Below, piece by piece: positions 10,807-21,058 of a stretch of 64,000 nucleotides of DNA. The notes beneath the pieces are model-generated. The model was not told the DNA's origin. It searched no databases and worked only from the letters and a program-made list of their open reading frames with translations. The stretch is from assembly GCA_029858305.1 (NCBI GenBank), contig JAOUFI010000002.1, forward strand, positions 1-64,000, read 5' to 3'. Numbering within the stretch: position 1 is the first letter of the stretch; each line of letters begins with the position of its first letter. A program made the position numbers and the translations under genes. Origin of the DNA: Candidatus Thorarchaeota archaeon (lineage in GTDB: Archaea; Asgardarchaeota; Thorarchaeia; Thorarchaeales; Thorarchaeaceae).

Positions 10807-10883
10807 TAGAGACAAACCTTTATCTCTACTCTCTCGCAATCAAGCCTACAGAGTCATTTAGGCCTCTTCAAATGGTGTAATTC

Positions 10884-12464
10884 ATGGCACAGTATGAACC
10901 TGATGACGAATCAATTCCAAGATACAAACGTGGGTACGAGTGGTTCTCTCACCTAGCAAATCACAGCCTCTCAAAGAAGGATTGGAGACGCCTGGGCTTG
11001 TTCTCCTTCTATGATGAGCCTTATGCGGAGAGTAGTCTCCTCTATTTATCCCCCAAACAAGTCATGTTGACAATGGCAAGATTGGCAAAGAAGAGGGAGT
11101 CGGGCGTGATTCTTGTTGTCGATGCCATGGAAAAGGAGGAGATGGGACTAAGTACAAAGCAGGGCTTCGATCAATTTATGGAAATATTTGAGGGATTATT
11201 CCCAGAATCTTCTAAGTTCTATTTTGGCCCTGGGGATTCAGAGAGAAAATGGTTACATTGCCACACACCCTTGAAAATACCTCTTCAATGGCTTATTAAA
11301 AGACCCAATGTATTTGCAGAGGTCCTATCGGATGCATCTTTTGTTGGTGAAGAAGTGGCACCTGTAGATGCTGCATTTGAGGACTTTACAGGAATGATTG
11401 AAGTTCTTGAAGAGAAACTCGGTCCCCCATCCTTAACAGATGAAGTCATGGGACGAATTCGCAGTACCGAGGCAAGTGAGTATGCTGGAGAGGCAGTAGG
11501 ACTAATGACAGTTTTTGTGAGTCCAACGACTGCTGTTACACGTGGTGTAAAATACCTTGGAAAATTTATGTCTCTTCTCAAAGACAGAAGAAAACAGGAA
11601 ATGAAAGAAGTCTATCATGAATGGACGGAGAGGATTCAAAAAGGCTATTCTGAGGAAAACTTGAGAAAATTCTTCGACGACTCTCAGGATTATAGCTCTG
11701 GAATTGTTGAAGCAATAGCCTCATTCAAAACAGTTCTGTTAATAATCGAAACAAGGGGAACCCTTTACGATCTTTTCCTACCTTTGGCTTTGAAGCACCT
11801 TGTCGAGGAGATTGGATACATACCACCTCACCGACGCCCAAAAAGGAAAGATGATGTCAAGAAGAAAGACAAAACACAATCCGATGATATTGATGATCAG
11901 CTAACATACGAATCGGTAGAAGAGATTGCTGTCGAAGATCTTCCACCAGTAACAGATCAACTCATTCAGACTGTGATAGATCATGAAGAAGAATTAGCTA
12001 GAGTGAATATTGAGATATCGGATGTTGAATATGAGGGGAAACCAGAAACAATCCTTTTCATAGATGCAGCTACCCATTTATCGAAATTCAACAGATCTTT
12101 CAAGTTTGCTTTGAACATCCCCGAAAAGTATCCAAATATGTCAGTAGCTGCATCATTCTTTACTGATAGAGAAAAAATAAGTCCAGCGCTTCAAGAGGGT
12201 GTTATGGATTATATGAAAGAAAGAGCTCTCATCTTTGACCTGCATCCATTGCTATTTGATCAAGCAACCTCACGGATGCCAGTGTCCAGAAAAGCATGGC
12301 TAAATGGCAGACTTCAAGAAATGGAAAGAATCAGATCGCAAGGAGAAGTTGCTTTTTTGGAATATGCGAGTAGCGAGGAGAACAAATGGAATCTGAGGGT
12401 AGTAGAAAAACCAGAAAGAGAAGCTCTGACCAAGATACGTAGATGGTTCGGAGGTACTAGCTAA
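10884..12464 (+). CDS. Hypothetical protein (526 aa)
   Basis: Long ORF with GGTG upstream. No complete recognisable motif. Confidence 0.7.
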   Translation: MAQYEPDDESIPRYKRGYEWFSHLANHSLSKKDWRRLGLFSFYDEPYAESSLLYLSPKQVMLTMARLAKKRESGVILVVDAMEKEEMGLSTKQGFDQFMEIFEGLFPESSKFYFGPGDSERKWLHCHTPLKIPLQWLIKRPNVFAEVLSDASFVGEEVAPVDAAFEDFTGMIEVLEEKLGPPSLTDEVMGRIRSTEASEYAGEAVGLMTVFVSPTTAVTRGVKYLGKFMSLLKDRRKQEMKEVYHEWTERIQKGYSEENLRKFFDDSQDYSSGIVEAIASFKTVLLIIETRGTLYDLFLPLALKHLVEEIGYIPPHRRPKRKDDVKKKDKTQSDDIDDQLTYESVEEIAVEDLPPVTDQLIQTVIDHEEELARVNIEISDVEYEGKPETILFIDAATHLSKFNRSFKFALNIPEKYPNMSVAASFFTDREKISPALQEGVMDYMKERALIFDLHPLLFDQATSRMPVSRKAWLNGRLQEMERIRSQGEVAFLEYASSEENKWNLRVVEKPEREALTKIRRWFGGTS

Positions 12465-12552
12465 GATTTGACATCTCCCGCAAGAGATATAATCAGTAAA
12501 GCAGCATGACATCGTGACTGTCCGGAGGAAGAAATACTTGAGTAAGGGTGAC

Positions 12553-12954
12553 ATGACTCAGGCAAGAGTTCTAAAGATTGAGAAAGGTGATAGAATCACG
12601 CTCCCAGCAGAATTCGTTGAGAGGATAGGCCAATCCTATGGCTTGACCATTCTTGTGATGAAGGATGGTAACGTGAAAATGTACCCTGTAGATAGCAACA
12701 AAGTGATGTATCTCAGACTTGTTATCGACAAACTGAGTAAAAGCTTCCTTGAAGAACTCACCATGGTCTTCATGGAAGTTGGTCTTGAAGACATCCTATT
12801 TACAAGTGGAATCTGTCAGGCGGCAGACCAGTGCTTCTATGAATGCTATTTCACACCAAGTCAACTGAATGTCGAGATTGACGCACTTGATAAGCGACTG
12901 AAAAAAATAACAGGGGTCAAACAGGTCGAGTTGCTAAGAGTACCAACAGGTTAG
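12553..12954 (+). CDS. AbrB/MazE-like N-terminal plus ACT-like C-terminal domain protein
   Basis: KIEKGDRITLP resembles the AbrB swapped hairpin. The C-terminal beta-alpha pattern includes TSGIC...CFYECY. Confidence 0.55.
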   Translation: MTQARVLKIEKGDRITLPAEFVERIGQSYGLTILVMKDGNVKMYPVDSNKVMYLRLVIDKLSKSFLEELTMVFMEVGLEDILFTSGICQAADQCFYECYFTPSQLNVEIDALDKRLKKITGVKQVELLRVPTG

Positions 12955-13029
12955 AATAAGAAGAGTTGGTTCCTCAAACATCTTCGGACGTTTTAGATTT
13001 GGCGAATAACTAGAGGATTCTTGGTCTAG

Positions 13030-14508
13030 ATGACAGGTATTGCGGGGATTATTCTTTTCAAAAAAGTTGCTGATGCCGAAGGAATCGTTGGGTGCATGTC
13101 AAATGCAATTAAGCATAGAGGAGTTGAATCACTTCATCAGTTCGGATCAAAAGATTCGATACCTAGAGCACTCATATCAGTAAGAACTTGGGAACGGGAT
13201 GCAATCGATATAGATTCAGGTCCTGATTACCTTCATATTGTGGACTCTTATCCTCATTCGACCAAGGCCATAAAAACCGAGTCTTTTGGAAACTCAACTA
13301 CTTTCAAGACAATGACCATAAAAATCGATTCAGATAGAGTTCGATTATTCAGATCAGCTGATGGAATTTGTGGACTGTACTATACTCAAATAGACAGTGC
13401 TTTCATCTTTTCTTCTGAAAAGAAGAGCATCTGGGCGATTAGCCGAAATCAAATCCATTCACTAAATCCAGGGCATACATTGTCAATCACTTGGGATGGA
13501 AAACAGGAAATGATCCAGTCGAGAGGGTTGACACAACCGACAATTGACAGAAGTATTGACGAGCCAACGGCAATTAGAATTTTAATGGAACCACTTGAAG
13601 CAATATTCAACAGACTAGCAGCTGTTCAAAAATGCGCAGTGCTATTCTCAGGAGGCGTAGATAGCGCATTAGCCGCGCTTCTTACAAAAAAGCATTGTAA
13701 GGACACTCTTCTGATCACAGCTTCTTTTAATGACAGTTACGACGAAAAGGCTGCAGTCAGAGCTGCTGAATTGATAGATTCAAAAAACATAGTAGTGAAA
13801 ATAGATCAAGAAGCATTGTGGAACGCCCTTCCCGAGGTGATATACTCAATCGAAACAAGTGAGCGCATGCAGGTCGAAATTGCACTGCCATTCTTCTTCG
13901 CGGCAAGAGTGGCAAAAGAGAGAGGAGTTAACCTATTAGTATCCGGGCAAGGTCCAGATGATCTATTTGCAGGATATGCAAGACATGAACGATTGATGAA
14001 AGATTTGGGGGTTGCCGCTGTTGAAGATGCACTCTGGAAAGATGTTTCTATGACCCATGAAATGAATATTCAACGAGATGTACGTGCAATTGCGGTTCAC
14101 AGTCTTGATGTCTTCTTTCCATATATGTATCCCCCATTTATCAAAGCAGCCATGTCACTGCCAGCCACTCTAAAGATAGATCTCCATAGTACCCCTTCAC
14201 GTAAAATCATCTTCAGAGAGCTGGCAAGGCATCTGGGAGTTCCGAGAGAAATCACAATAGCGCAGAAGAAAGCAACACAGTATAGTTCTGGAAGTACAAA
14301 ACTTCTCAAAGCAACAATACTCGAGAAACTGGGAGAAGTCGAGAATACAAGTAAGAGGGATACACCATCGCTAGTCCAAGATGTGCTAGACACAATTGCT
14401 GCGCATCTTCTAATGCCAGTTGCACGAAAAAGAGGTGTTACACAACTAGATTTGAAACCTACAAAACGGTTGATGAAGAGAGTGGGATTATCAGCCTCCA
14501 GCAATTAG
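13030..14508 (+). CDS. Asparagine synthetase B-like protein with a degenerate glutaminase domain
   Basis: FSGGVDS PP-loop, SGQGPDDLFAGY, K.IFRE and KKATQYSSG. The N-terminus is MTGIAG rather than MCGIAG. Confidence 0.8.
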   Translation: MTGIAGIILFKKVADAEGIVGCMSNAIKHRGVESLHQFGSKDSIPRALISVRTWERDAIDIDSGPDYLHIVDSYPHSTKAIKTESFGNSTTFKTMTIKIDSDRVRLFRSADGICGLYYTQIDSAFIFSSEKKSIWAISRNQIHSLNPGHTLSITWDGKQEMIQSRGLTQPTIDRSIDEPTAIRILMEPLEAIFNRLAAVQKCAVLFSGGVDSALAALLTKKHCKDTLLITASFNDSYDEKAAVRAAELIDSKNIVVKIDQEALWNALPEVIYSIETSERMQVEIALPFFFAARVAKERGVNLLVSGQGPDDLFAGYARHERLMKDLGVAAVEDALWKDVSMTHEMNIQRDVRAIAVHSLDVFFPYMYPPFIKAAMSLPATLKIDLHSTPSRKIIFRELARHLGVPREITIAQKKATQYSSGSTKLLKATILEKLGEVENTSKRDTPSLVQDVLDTIAAHLLMPVARKRGVTQLDLKPTKRLMKRVGLSASSN

Positions 14509-14697
14509 CGGGAGAACAATAACACTGTCATTCTCTTGTATCTCAAATGTAAGGGGAACACGCTTTCCATCTACTAATATAACATGGTTTGATGAAAGAC
14601 CAAGCTCAACTAGGAGTTCAGCAGCAGTCTTTGGTTCAGTAACTGTAATCCGCTGAACAAGATTCTCTCTGACAGTTTCCGACATCGAATGCACCAA
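14491..14697 (-). CDS. MoaD/ThiS/SAMP-family ubiquitin-like sulfur carrier
   Basis: 68 aa, with VILVDGK...ENDSVIVLPLIAGG and a terminal diglycine. Confidence 0.85.
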   Translation of the reverse strand: MVHSMSETVRENLVQRITVTEPKTAAELLVELGLSSNHVILVDGKRVPLTFEIQENDSVIVLPLIAGG

Positions 14698-14985
14698 TCG
14701 TGACTAGTCTCTTGACCTTATAGGGTTAATTCACATATTATTCATCGACGATTTTCGAATTCCGTATCTGCATTCATCGTTGCTCATCAGTTAGTGATAA
14801 ATACTAGTGGCTTGCCTGATAATGTCGTCAACATCCGAAAGTTATGGAGAACAATCGGTGATAGCCGTTTCAGAAGTGTAGGCGAGAACACAACGTTCAT
14901 AAGAGCGTTGAGAGACGCTCATAAAAATTAATGACGTAGCACAATTCGACGTTTACCGATTTGTTATAATATGGAGAGAATTGCT

Positions 14986-16029
14986 ATGGTTGGCATTGTA
15001 GGTTTTGGAGTTTACGTCCCACGATACCGTATAAAGACCTCAGATATTGCTGAACTCTGGGGTGAGGATGGAGAAAAGATAGGACCAGGTCTTGGTGTGT
15101 TTGAGAAGTCAGTTCCTGGGCCAGATGAAGATGTGGCAACGATCTCAGTCGAGGCAGCAAGAAATGCAATCAAGATGGCCAAAATTGATCCACTCGATAT
15201 CGGAGCAGTCTATGTAGGCTCAGAATCACACCCATATGCTGTAAAACCTACAGGAACAATTGTTGCTGAGGCCGTAGGATGCTCATATAATATGACATGT
15301 GCAGACTTTGAGTTTGCGTGCAAGGCTGGGACAGCTGCAATGCAGGCAGCAATGGGACTTGTTGCCTCCAAGATGATTAAGATTGGTCTTGCGATTGGTT
15401 CTGATACTGCGCAGGGCAGACCTGGTGATGCACTTGAATATTCAGCTGCTGCTGGTGGCGCTGCCTATCTGATTGGTCAAAAGAATCCTCTCGCCACCAT
15501 AGAAGAAACGGTGTCTTTTACAACAGATACTCCTGACTTCTGGAGACGTGAGGGAGAGGACTTTCCAAGCCATGGTGCCAGATTCACAGGTGAGCCAGCA
15601 TACTTCCGTCATGTAGGAGAGGGAGCAAAATTACTATTCGCAAAGACAAAGACCACTGTTGATGACTATGATTATTTTGTCTTTCATATGCCAAATGGCA
15701 AATTCCCAGTAGCTGTTGGAAAACAGATTGGCGTACCAAAAGAGAAACTGGAAGATAGTCTGGTGGTTCGTCAGATTGGAAATACTTACTCGGGCTCAGC
15801 AATGATTGGACTCGCGAGAATATTAGATATTGCTAAACCAGGTTCAAAGATATTCATGGTAGCATATGGTTCAGGAGCAGGAAGTGATGCATTTTCAATA
15901 ACTGTTGAGGATGCTATTCTAGAAAGTCGTGGGATGGTCCCAACAGTCGATGATTACATTCAACGAAAAACATACGTAAATTATGCAACTTATGCGAAGT
16001 ATAGACGAAAAATCAAAGCACTTGGGTAA
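14986..16029 (+). CDS. mvaS: Hydroxymethylglutaryl-CoA synthase (archaeal type)
   Basis: [19 protein letters not shown] (catalytic Cys), [15 protein letters not shown] and YGSGAGSD. Confidence 0.95.
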   Translation: MVGIVGFGVYVPRYRIKTSDIAELWGEDGEKIGPGLGVFEKSVPGPDEDVATISVEAARNAIKMAKIDPLDIGAVYVGSESHPYAVKPTGTIVAEAVGCSYNMTCADFEFACKAGTAAMQAAMGLVASKMIKIGLAIGSDTAQGRPGDALEYSAAAGGAAYLIGQKNPLATIEETVSFTTDTPDFWRREGEDFPSHGARFTGEPAYFRHVGEGAKLLFAKTKTTVDDYDYFVFHMPNGKFPVAVGKQIGVPKEKLEDSLVVRQIGNTYSGSAMIGLARILDIAKPGSKIFMVAYGSGAGSDAFSITVEDAILESRGMVPTVDDYIQRKTYVNYATYAKYRRKIKALG

Positions 16030-16042
16030 GGAGGTTTGGAAG

Positions 16043-17203
16043 ATGAGAAATAGAGTAGCGATAATAGGCGTTGGTATGTGTAAATTCGGAGAGTTATGGG
16101 AACAAAACCTCAAAGATTTTACCCTGGAGGCTGGAATGTATGCAATCTTTGATGCAGGGGTTCCTGGTTCTGATATCGACGGAATGGTCATTGGGAATAT
16201 GAGTGCAGGTAGGTTTACTGGCCAGGAGCACCTTGGTGCATTTGCTGTTGACATGGGTGGTCTCGGAGATATTCCTGCGTATAGTGTCGAAGCAGCATGT
16301 GCAAGTGGAGGAGCTGCTGTTAGACAAGCATACATGGCAATTAAGTCGGGTGAACACAAAGTTATGCTTGTCTTGGGTAGCGAGAAGATGAGCGATGTGA
16401 ACCAGACGGAGGCTATGAATACAATCTCGGTTGCAAGTGACTGGGAATGGGAAGGAATGTTTGGAGCCACATTCCCTGCACTGTACGCTTTCATGGCACG
16501 CAGGCATATGTACGAATACGGCACAACTGAAGAACATCTTGCAATGCCCACCGTCAAGAACCATGCAAATGCGGCACATAATCCATGGGCACAATTTCAG
16601 AGTCCTGTGCCAATTGATGTTGTGATGAAATCAGGGTTATTAGCAGATCCACTCAGAGTGCTCCATTCAGCACCAGTGACTGATGGTGCGGCAGGTCTCG
16701 TAATGTGCAGTGAAGATCTTGCAAAGAAATACTCTGACACGCCTGTATTCATTGAAGCTTCAGACCAGAGTAGCGATACCTTAGCCTTACATGACAGGAA
16801 GTCAATCACAACCATGAACGCCGTAGTTTCTTCTACCAGGTATGCACTCAAGGAGGCAAATCTTGAGCTGAAAGATATTAATGTCTTTGAATTGCATGAT
16901 AGCTTTTCAATCGGAGAAATTATCCTGACTGAGGATGTTGGAATTGCTAAGAAAGGCGAGGGCGGCAAGGCACTCGAAGAAGGTATTACTGAGATTGGTG
17001 GAAAATTCCCGGTAAATCCATCAGGAGGTCTTAAAGCGAGAGGACATCCCGTTGGGGCTACAGGTGTAGCACAGATTGTGGAGTTAGCCTTACAACTTCG
17101 AGGAGATGCAGAAAAACGTCAAGTTGATGGAGCGGAGAAGGCACTCGCTGTGAACATAGGCGGAACAGGAGCCACTTCAATAGTTCATATTCTGGGGAGA
17201 TGA
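16043..17203 (+). CDS. Acetoacetyl-CoA thiolase (archaeal type)
   Basis: EAACASGG, ELHDSF, NPSGGLKARGHPVGATG and NIGGTG. AGGAGG precedes the ATG at 16043. Confidence 0.93.
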   Translation: MRNRVAIIGVGMCKFGELWEQNLKDFTLEAGMYAIFDAGVPGSDIDGMVIGNMSAGRFTGQEHLGAFAVDMGGLGDIPAYSVEAACASGGAAVRQAYMAIKSGEHKVMLVLGSEKMSDVNQTEAMNTISVASDWEWEGMFGATFPALYAFMARRHMYEYGTTEEHLAMPTVKNHANAAHNPWAQFQSPVPIDVVMKSGLLADPLRVLHSAPVTDGAAGLVMCSEDLAKKYSDTPVFIEASDQSSDTLALHDRKSITTMNAVVSSTRYALKEANLELKDINVFELHDSFSIGEIILTEDVGIAKKGEGGKALEEGITEIGGKFPVNPSGGLKARGHPVGATGVAQIVELALQLRGDAEKRQVDGAEKALAVNIGGTGATSIVHILGR

Positions 17204-17208
17204 TTTAA

Positions 17209-17661
17209 ATGGCAGAACAAGGTGTAGCTTCAGTCTGGCGAAGAATAAAAGCAATCTATACTATTCAGGGCAACATGTGTAAAACGTGTGGTTCATACTA
17301 TTTTCCACCGCGACCAGTCTGTCCGGAGTGCCGAAGAAAGGGCAAACTTGAACTATATACATTCAAAGGTCTAGGGACTATCTACTCTTATACAGTTGTA
17401 CGTCAGGCTCCTGAAGACTTCAAGCGTCAGATGCCCTATGTGATAGCTCAGGTCGAACTCGACGAAGGCACACGACTAACGGCACAGATTGTGAATGTTG
17501 ATATCGAAAATGTAGAGATTGGTATGAGGGTTAGAGCATGTTTCCGTAAAATCAAGGAGTTTGGACAGGGCGGAATCATTGCCTACGGATACAAATTCGA
17601 GCCAACAATGAAAGTCACTGGTCACAAAGAAAAATCTAGTCCCAAACAGAAAGAGCCGTGA
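17209..17661 (+). CDS. DUF35 Zn-ribbon/OB-fold scaffold of the thiolase-HMGS complex
   Basis: CKTCG..YFPPRPVCPEC, G.IYSYT and YGYKF. Third gene of the known archaeal HMGS-thiolase-DUF35 operon. Confidence 0.9.
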   Translation: MAEQGVASVWRRIKAIYTIQGNMCKTCGSYYFPPRPVCPECRRKGKLELYTFKGLGTIYSYTVVRQAPEDFKRQMPYVIAQVELDEGTRLTAQIVNVDIENVEIGMRVRACFRKIKEFGQGGIIAYGYKFEPTMKVTGHKEKSSPKQKEP

Positions 17662-18331
17662 TAGTTCGTACTGCTGGTAGGGCGACATTATGAACCAATG
17701 TCGATCCTATCATTGCTTTGTGGTTTACAGAATTGTGAACGTGACCATGAATAACGAGATCTGGGCACTGTTCCATGATGACTTGATAGAATTTTCTACT
17801 TCCAAGCCAAGAAAAAGCTCTCATATCTTCACCCTCACAGGTCTCTAGACATGGGCTATAGTGCATTAGTAATATTCGTCTGTCAACCTTGTCATGAAGC
17901 TTCTTCAGTAAAGATGCAGCACGTTTGGCGCGTCTCTCAAATACTCCCTTTATACTTGGAATATTTCTTCTCTGCCAGCTTGTTGCTTTATCCAAAGATC
18001 CTTGCGTACCAACAATCCCAACTTGGAGTCCATTTGATTCTACTACTACCGATTTTTCATCGAGAAACTGCATCCTGTCGCCAACCAGTCCAATTATCTC
18101 TTTTCGCACTTCATTATATTCTTCATTACCAAAACATCCAATTATTGGGAAATCATGACCAAAATGGGTATGTATCGAATCTAGTATTAGGTTATACTCA
18201 TCAGCTTTCCCACGACTGACCATATCGCCTGCAAAGAGGAATAAATCTGGAGGCTGCAGACTATTCAATGACTGTTTGAATTCAGTCATATATCTTGGAC
18301 TATGCACATCCGCGACTGCCTGTATCTTCAC
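17636..18331 (-). CDS. Calcineurin-like metallophosphoesterase
   Basis: DVH, GD, GNEE, HY and HGHVH motifs. Confidence 0.85.
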   Translation of the reverse strand: MKIQAVADVHSPRYMTEFKQSLNSLQPPDLFLFAGDMVSRGKADEYNLILDSIHTHFGHDFPIIGCFGNEEYNEVRKEIIGLVGDRMQFLDEKSVVVESNGLQVGIVGTQGSLDKATSWQRRNIPSIKGVFERRAKRAASLLKKLHDKVDRRILLMHYSPCLETCEGEDMRAFSWLGSRKFYQVIMEQCPDLVIHGHVHNSVNHKAMIGSTLVHNVALPAVRTITALSVWD

Positions 18332-18416
18332 GATGTTAACATCCTCTGATGTGTGGATTGAGAAGAAAACAAGGATATTAAGTGTTTCAAGTGACAGGAT
18401 TCATGGCGAAACACGG

Positions 18417-19403
18417 ATGGTGACCTTTGCACTCAACCTCTTTGATCGTTTACATCTCGGTCATGAGGTTATGATAGACAGACTAGTGGAGATGCCAGAG
18501 CCGATTGCAGGTGTAACTAGTGGAGAACTTGTCGGAGAAGGCTTGCAGCTTGAAGAGATTATACAGCCGCTTGATGTTCGAGTTGCACGGTTAAAGAATT
18601 ACTTAGTCAAGACAAAACTGGATGACATAGTTGAAGTAAAACCGCTCTCAAAAAGAGAGGACTTGCTTCAAGTAAAAGAAGAGGTCACCTTCATAATGTA
18701 CGAAGGGCCTTGCTGTACTGAGATACAATCAGGAGCATTGGCGAAGAGAAAAGAGATTCTTGGATTAACTGATAAAATCGAGTTCCTTAAGCCTGTACGT
18801 GCAGATGATGGAGATAAGATTGCATCAGCACGGATTAGATTGGGCCAAATAGATAGATCCGGTCGACGGCTTCGGGGTACTAATGAACCGCCCAGACTAC
18901 TTCAAATGGATGGGCGATCCCGTCTAAAGTCACCTAAGGGAGATGTCTTTCATATGAAAGAGGGTGCTCCTGAAAAACGAGTAATCGAGAGGATAATGGC
19001 AGAATCACCAGCTCAGGTCATTTCAGTAGGAGATGTTACTACGGCCACACTAGTAAAGGAAGGATATACTCCCCACGTGATGATTGTTGATGGAATAACG
19101 AAGAGAGGAAGCTATGAGAGTAAATTCTCTGCTGCCATAGAGTTTCTAATATACAATCCAGCTGCTACGATCTATCCGGAAGCCTGGTCAACTATTGCCA
19201 CAGCAATAGGTAATGAAGAGCCTACACTTGTTAATGTCGACGGCGAAGAAGACTTACTGGGTTTTCCAGCAGTACTCCTTGCGCCAGAAGAATCAGTCAT
19301 TCTCTATGGTCAACCAGATGTTGGAATTGTATGGGTTCCTGTAAATCAGGAAAATCAGAAACTTGCACGCAGTCTCCTTGAACAGATGTCTATCATCCAA
19401 TAG
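18417..19403 (+). CDS. coaD: Fused phosphopantetheine adenylyltransferase and GTP-dependent dephospho-CoA kinase (DUF359)
   Basis: N-terminal FDRLHLGH and IASARIR.G.ID..G; C-terminal VGDVTT, IVDGITKR, NPAATI, VDGEEDL and YGQPD.G. Confidence 0.8.
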   Translation: MVTFALNLFDRLHLGHEVMIDRLVEMPEPIAGVTSGELVGEGLQLEEIIQPLDVRVARLKNYLVKTKLDDIVEVKPLSKREDLLQVKEEVTFIMYEGPCCTEIQSGALAKRKEILGLTDKIEFLKPVRADDGDKIASARIRLGQIDRSGRRLRGTNEPPRLLQMDGRSRLKSPKGDVFHMKEGAPEKRVIERIMAESPAQVISVGDVTTATLVKEGYTPHVMIVDGITKRGSYESKFSAAIEFLIYNPAATIYPEAWSTIATAIGNEEPTLVNVDGEEDLLGFPAVLLAPEESVILYGQPDVGIVWVPVNQENQKLARSLLEQMSIIQ

Positions 19404-19420
19404 ATGTAGGATATGTTAAC

Positions 19421-20965
19421 CTAAACCATATGAAATACTTCAGGTATTTTTTCAATGCAATCAGTTGCTACTATGTGTTCTCCCAGTTTACCTGCCGCAA
19501 GTTCTCCAGCCATCCCTGAAACGAAAGCGCCTGCAGCGGCAGCTCGGAAGGCATTGGTATGTCGAGAAAGCAGAGATGCAACAATTCCAGTTAAGACATC
19601 ACCTGTTCCACCGACTGTCATTGCAGGAACCCCTGTTCGATTCAATTTGTAGATGCCAGAGGGATCGGCAATTACATCCACTGGCCCCTTCAGTAAAATT
19701 ACAGAATTATACTGCTTTGCAGCATCCATTGCTCGGTCTATGCGATTTTCAATATTCTCACTATTTCCCAGATTCACATTCATTATGGTCTTTAGCTCAC
19801 CCCAATGAGGCGTAAGAACGACCTTACCGGGATTCATCTCAACGTCAGAATGTGCTATTGCTTTGAGACCATCCGCATCAAGAACTAGTGGTTTCTTCAA
19901 TTCAATAATTTTCTCTACGATTGATTTAACAGCAATCATTGTTTCTGGGTGCAATCCAAGTCCTGGACCAAACGCAATAACATCGTTCTTGCTTATCATC
20001 TCAATAGCCGTTCCAACAACATCTGGTTGAAGAATCCGAGCACCTAAACTTGTCACCATGAGGTTTGGGCTATATTCACGGATTGCAGACACAACTGGTT
20101 CTGGAACAAGAATGCTAACAAGATCTGAGCCAGTACGAAGTGCTGCCATTCCAGCAAGTGCAGGAGCGCCGGAGTAAACATCACTACCGCCAATGATAAG
20201 AATGCGACCTGAGTCTCCTTTCTTTGCAGTCAACTTGCGGGGTCTACTGAAATAAGATAGGTCTCCAGGACCACAGGTGTATGCAGCTTCTCGAGGTATA
20301 CCTATTGTGACAACACGGTTCGTGCCTGAATAATTTTGGGCAAGCGTCAAACCAGTCTTTGTCGCGTGAAGAGAAACTGTATGGTCAGCGATGACTGCAT
20401 CTCCATGAATTTCTCCTGTATCTGAATCTATGCCTGTTGGCATATCAATCGAATATTTGATAGCTCTGGACTTGTTGATCGCTTTCACAGCGGTCAAAAG
20501 AGGTTCTCTGAGTTTGGAGTGGAGCCCAAATCCCATAAGACCATCAATGATGAAATCGGCATGACCGATAGCTTTGCAGCTCTTTACATCGGTTTCCGTC
20601 ACAAGGATTGCTTTCTGAATATTGTGGAGATTCTTTAGTATATTCCAGTTTGTAAGTGTGTCCGGATTTGAAATCGTCTTCTCATGACCGAGGAGATAGA
20701 CATTGACTCTAGCCCCGGCCTCATCCAAGTATCTTGCAGCAACGATGCCATCGCCTCCATTCCCTCCCAGACCACAGAGGATAACAATAGATTTTCCAAC
20801 GATATCTTCATTCTCAATAATTACACGAGCGACCTCTCGCCCCGCAATTTGCATGAGATAACTATGAGTGACTCCTAGATATGCTGCATTCATCTCAAGA
20901 GTTCGCATCTCATCCGTCTTTATTGAATTCTCACTCATCTGCTGCCACACCCATCCAATAGGCAC
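19421..20965 (-). CDS. nnr: Bifunctional NAD(P)HX epimerase/dehydratase
   Basis: GGNGGDG, D.PTG, KGDSG.ILIIGGS..YSGAP, DADGL, TPHWGE and GGTGDVL. Start may be 20938. Confidence 0.92.
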   Translation of the reverse strand: MPIGWVWQQMSENSIKTDEMRTLEMNAAYLGVTHSYLMQIAGREVARVIIENEDIVGKSIVILCGLGGNGGDGIVAARYLDEAGARVNVYLLGHEKTISNPDTLTNWNILKNLHNIQKAILVTETDVKSCKAIGHADFIIDGLMGFGLHSKLREPLLTAVKAINKSRAIKYSIDMPTGIDSDTGEIHGDAVIADHTVSLHATKTGLTLAQNYSGTNRVVTIGIPREAAYTCGPGDLSYFSRPRKLTAKKGDSGRILIIGGSDVYSGAPALAGMAALRTGSDLVSILVPEPVVSAIREYSPNLMVTSLGARILQPDVVGTAIEMISKNDVIAFGPGLGLHPETMIAVKSIVEKIIELKKPLVLDADGLKAIAHSDVEMNPGKVVLTPHWGELKTIMNVNLGNSENIENRIDRAMDAAKQYNSVILLKGPVDVIADPSGIYKLNRTGVPAMTVGGTGDVLTGIVASLLSRHTNAFRAAAAGAFVSGMAGELAAGKLGEHIVATDCIEKIPEVFHMV

Positions 20966-21058
20966 ATCAATAGTAATTGACTCGCTATATCAATGCATTT
21001 CTTAAAGAGTAAGACTCATTTCAAACATTCTGAGTGAGAATTATAGGACTCTTGCATC

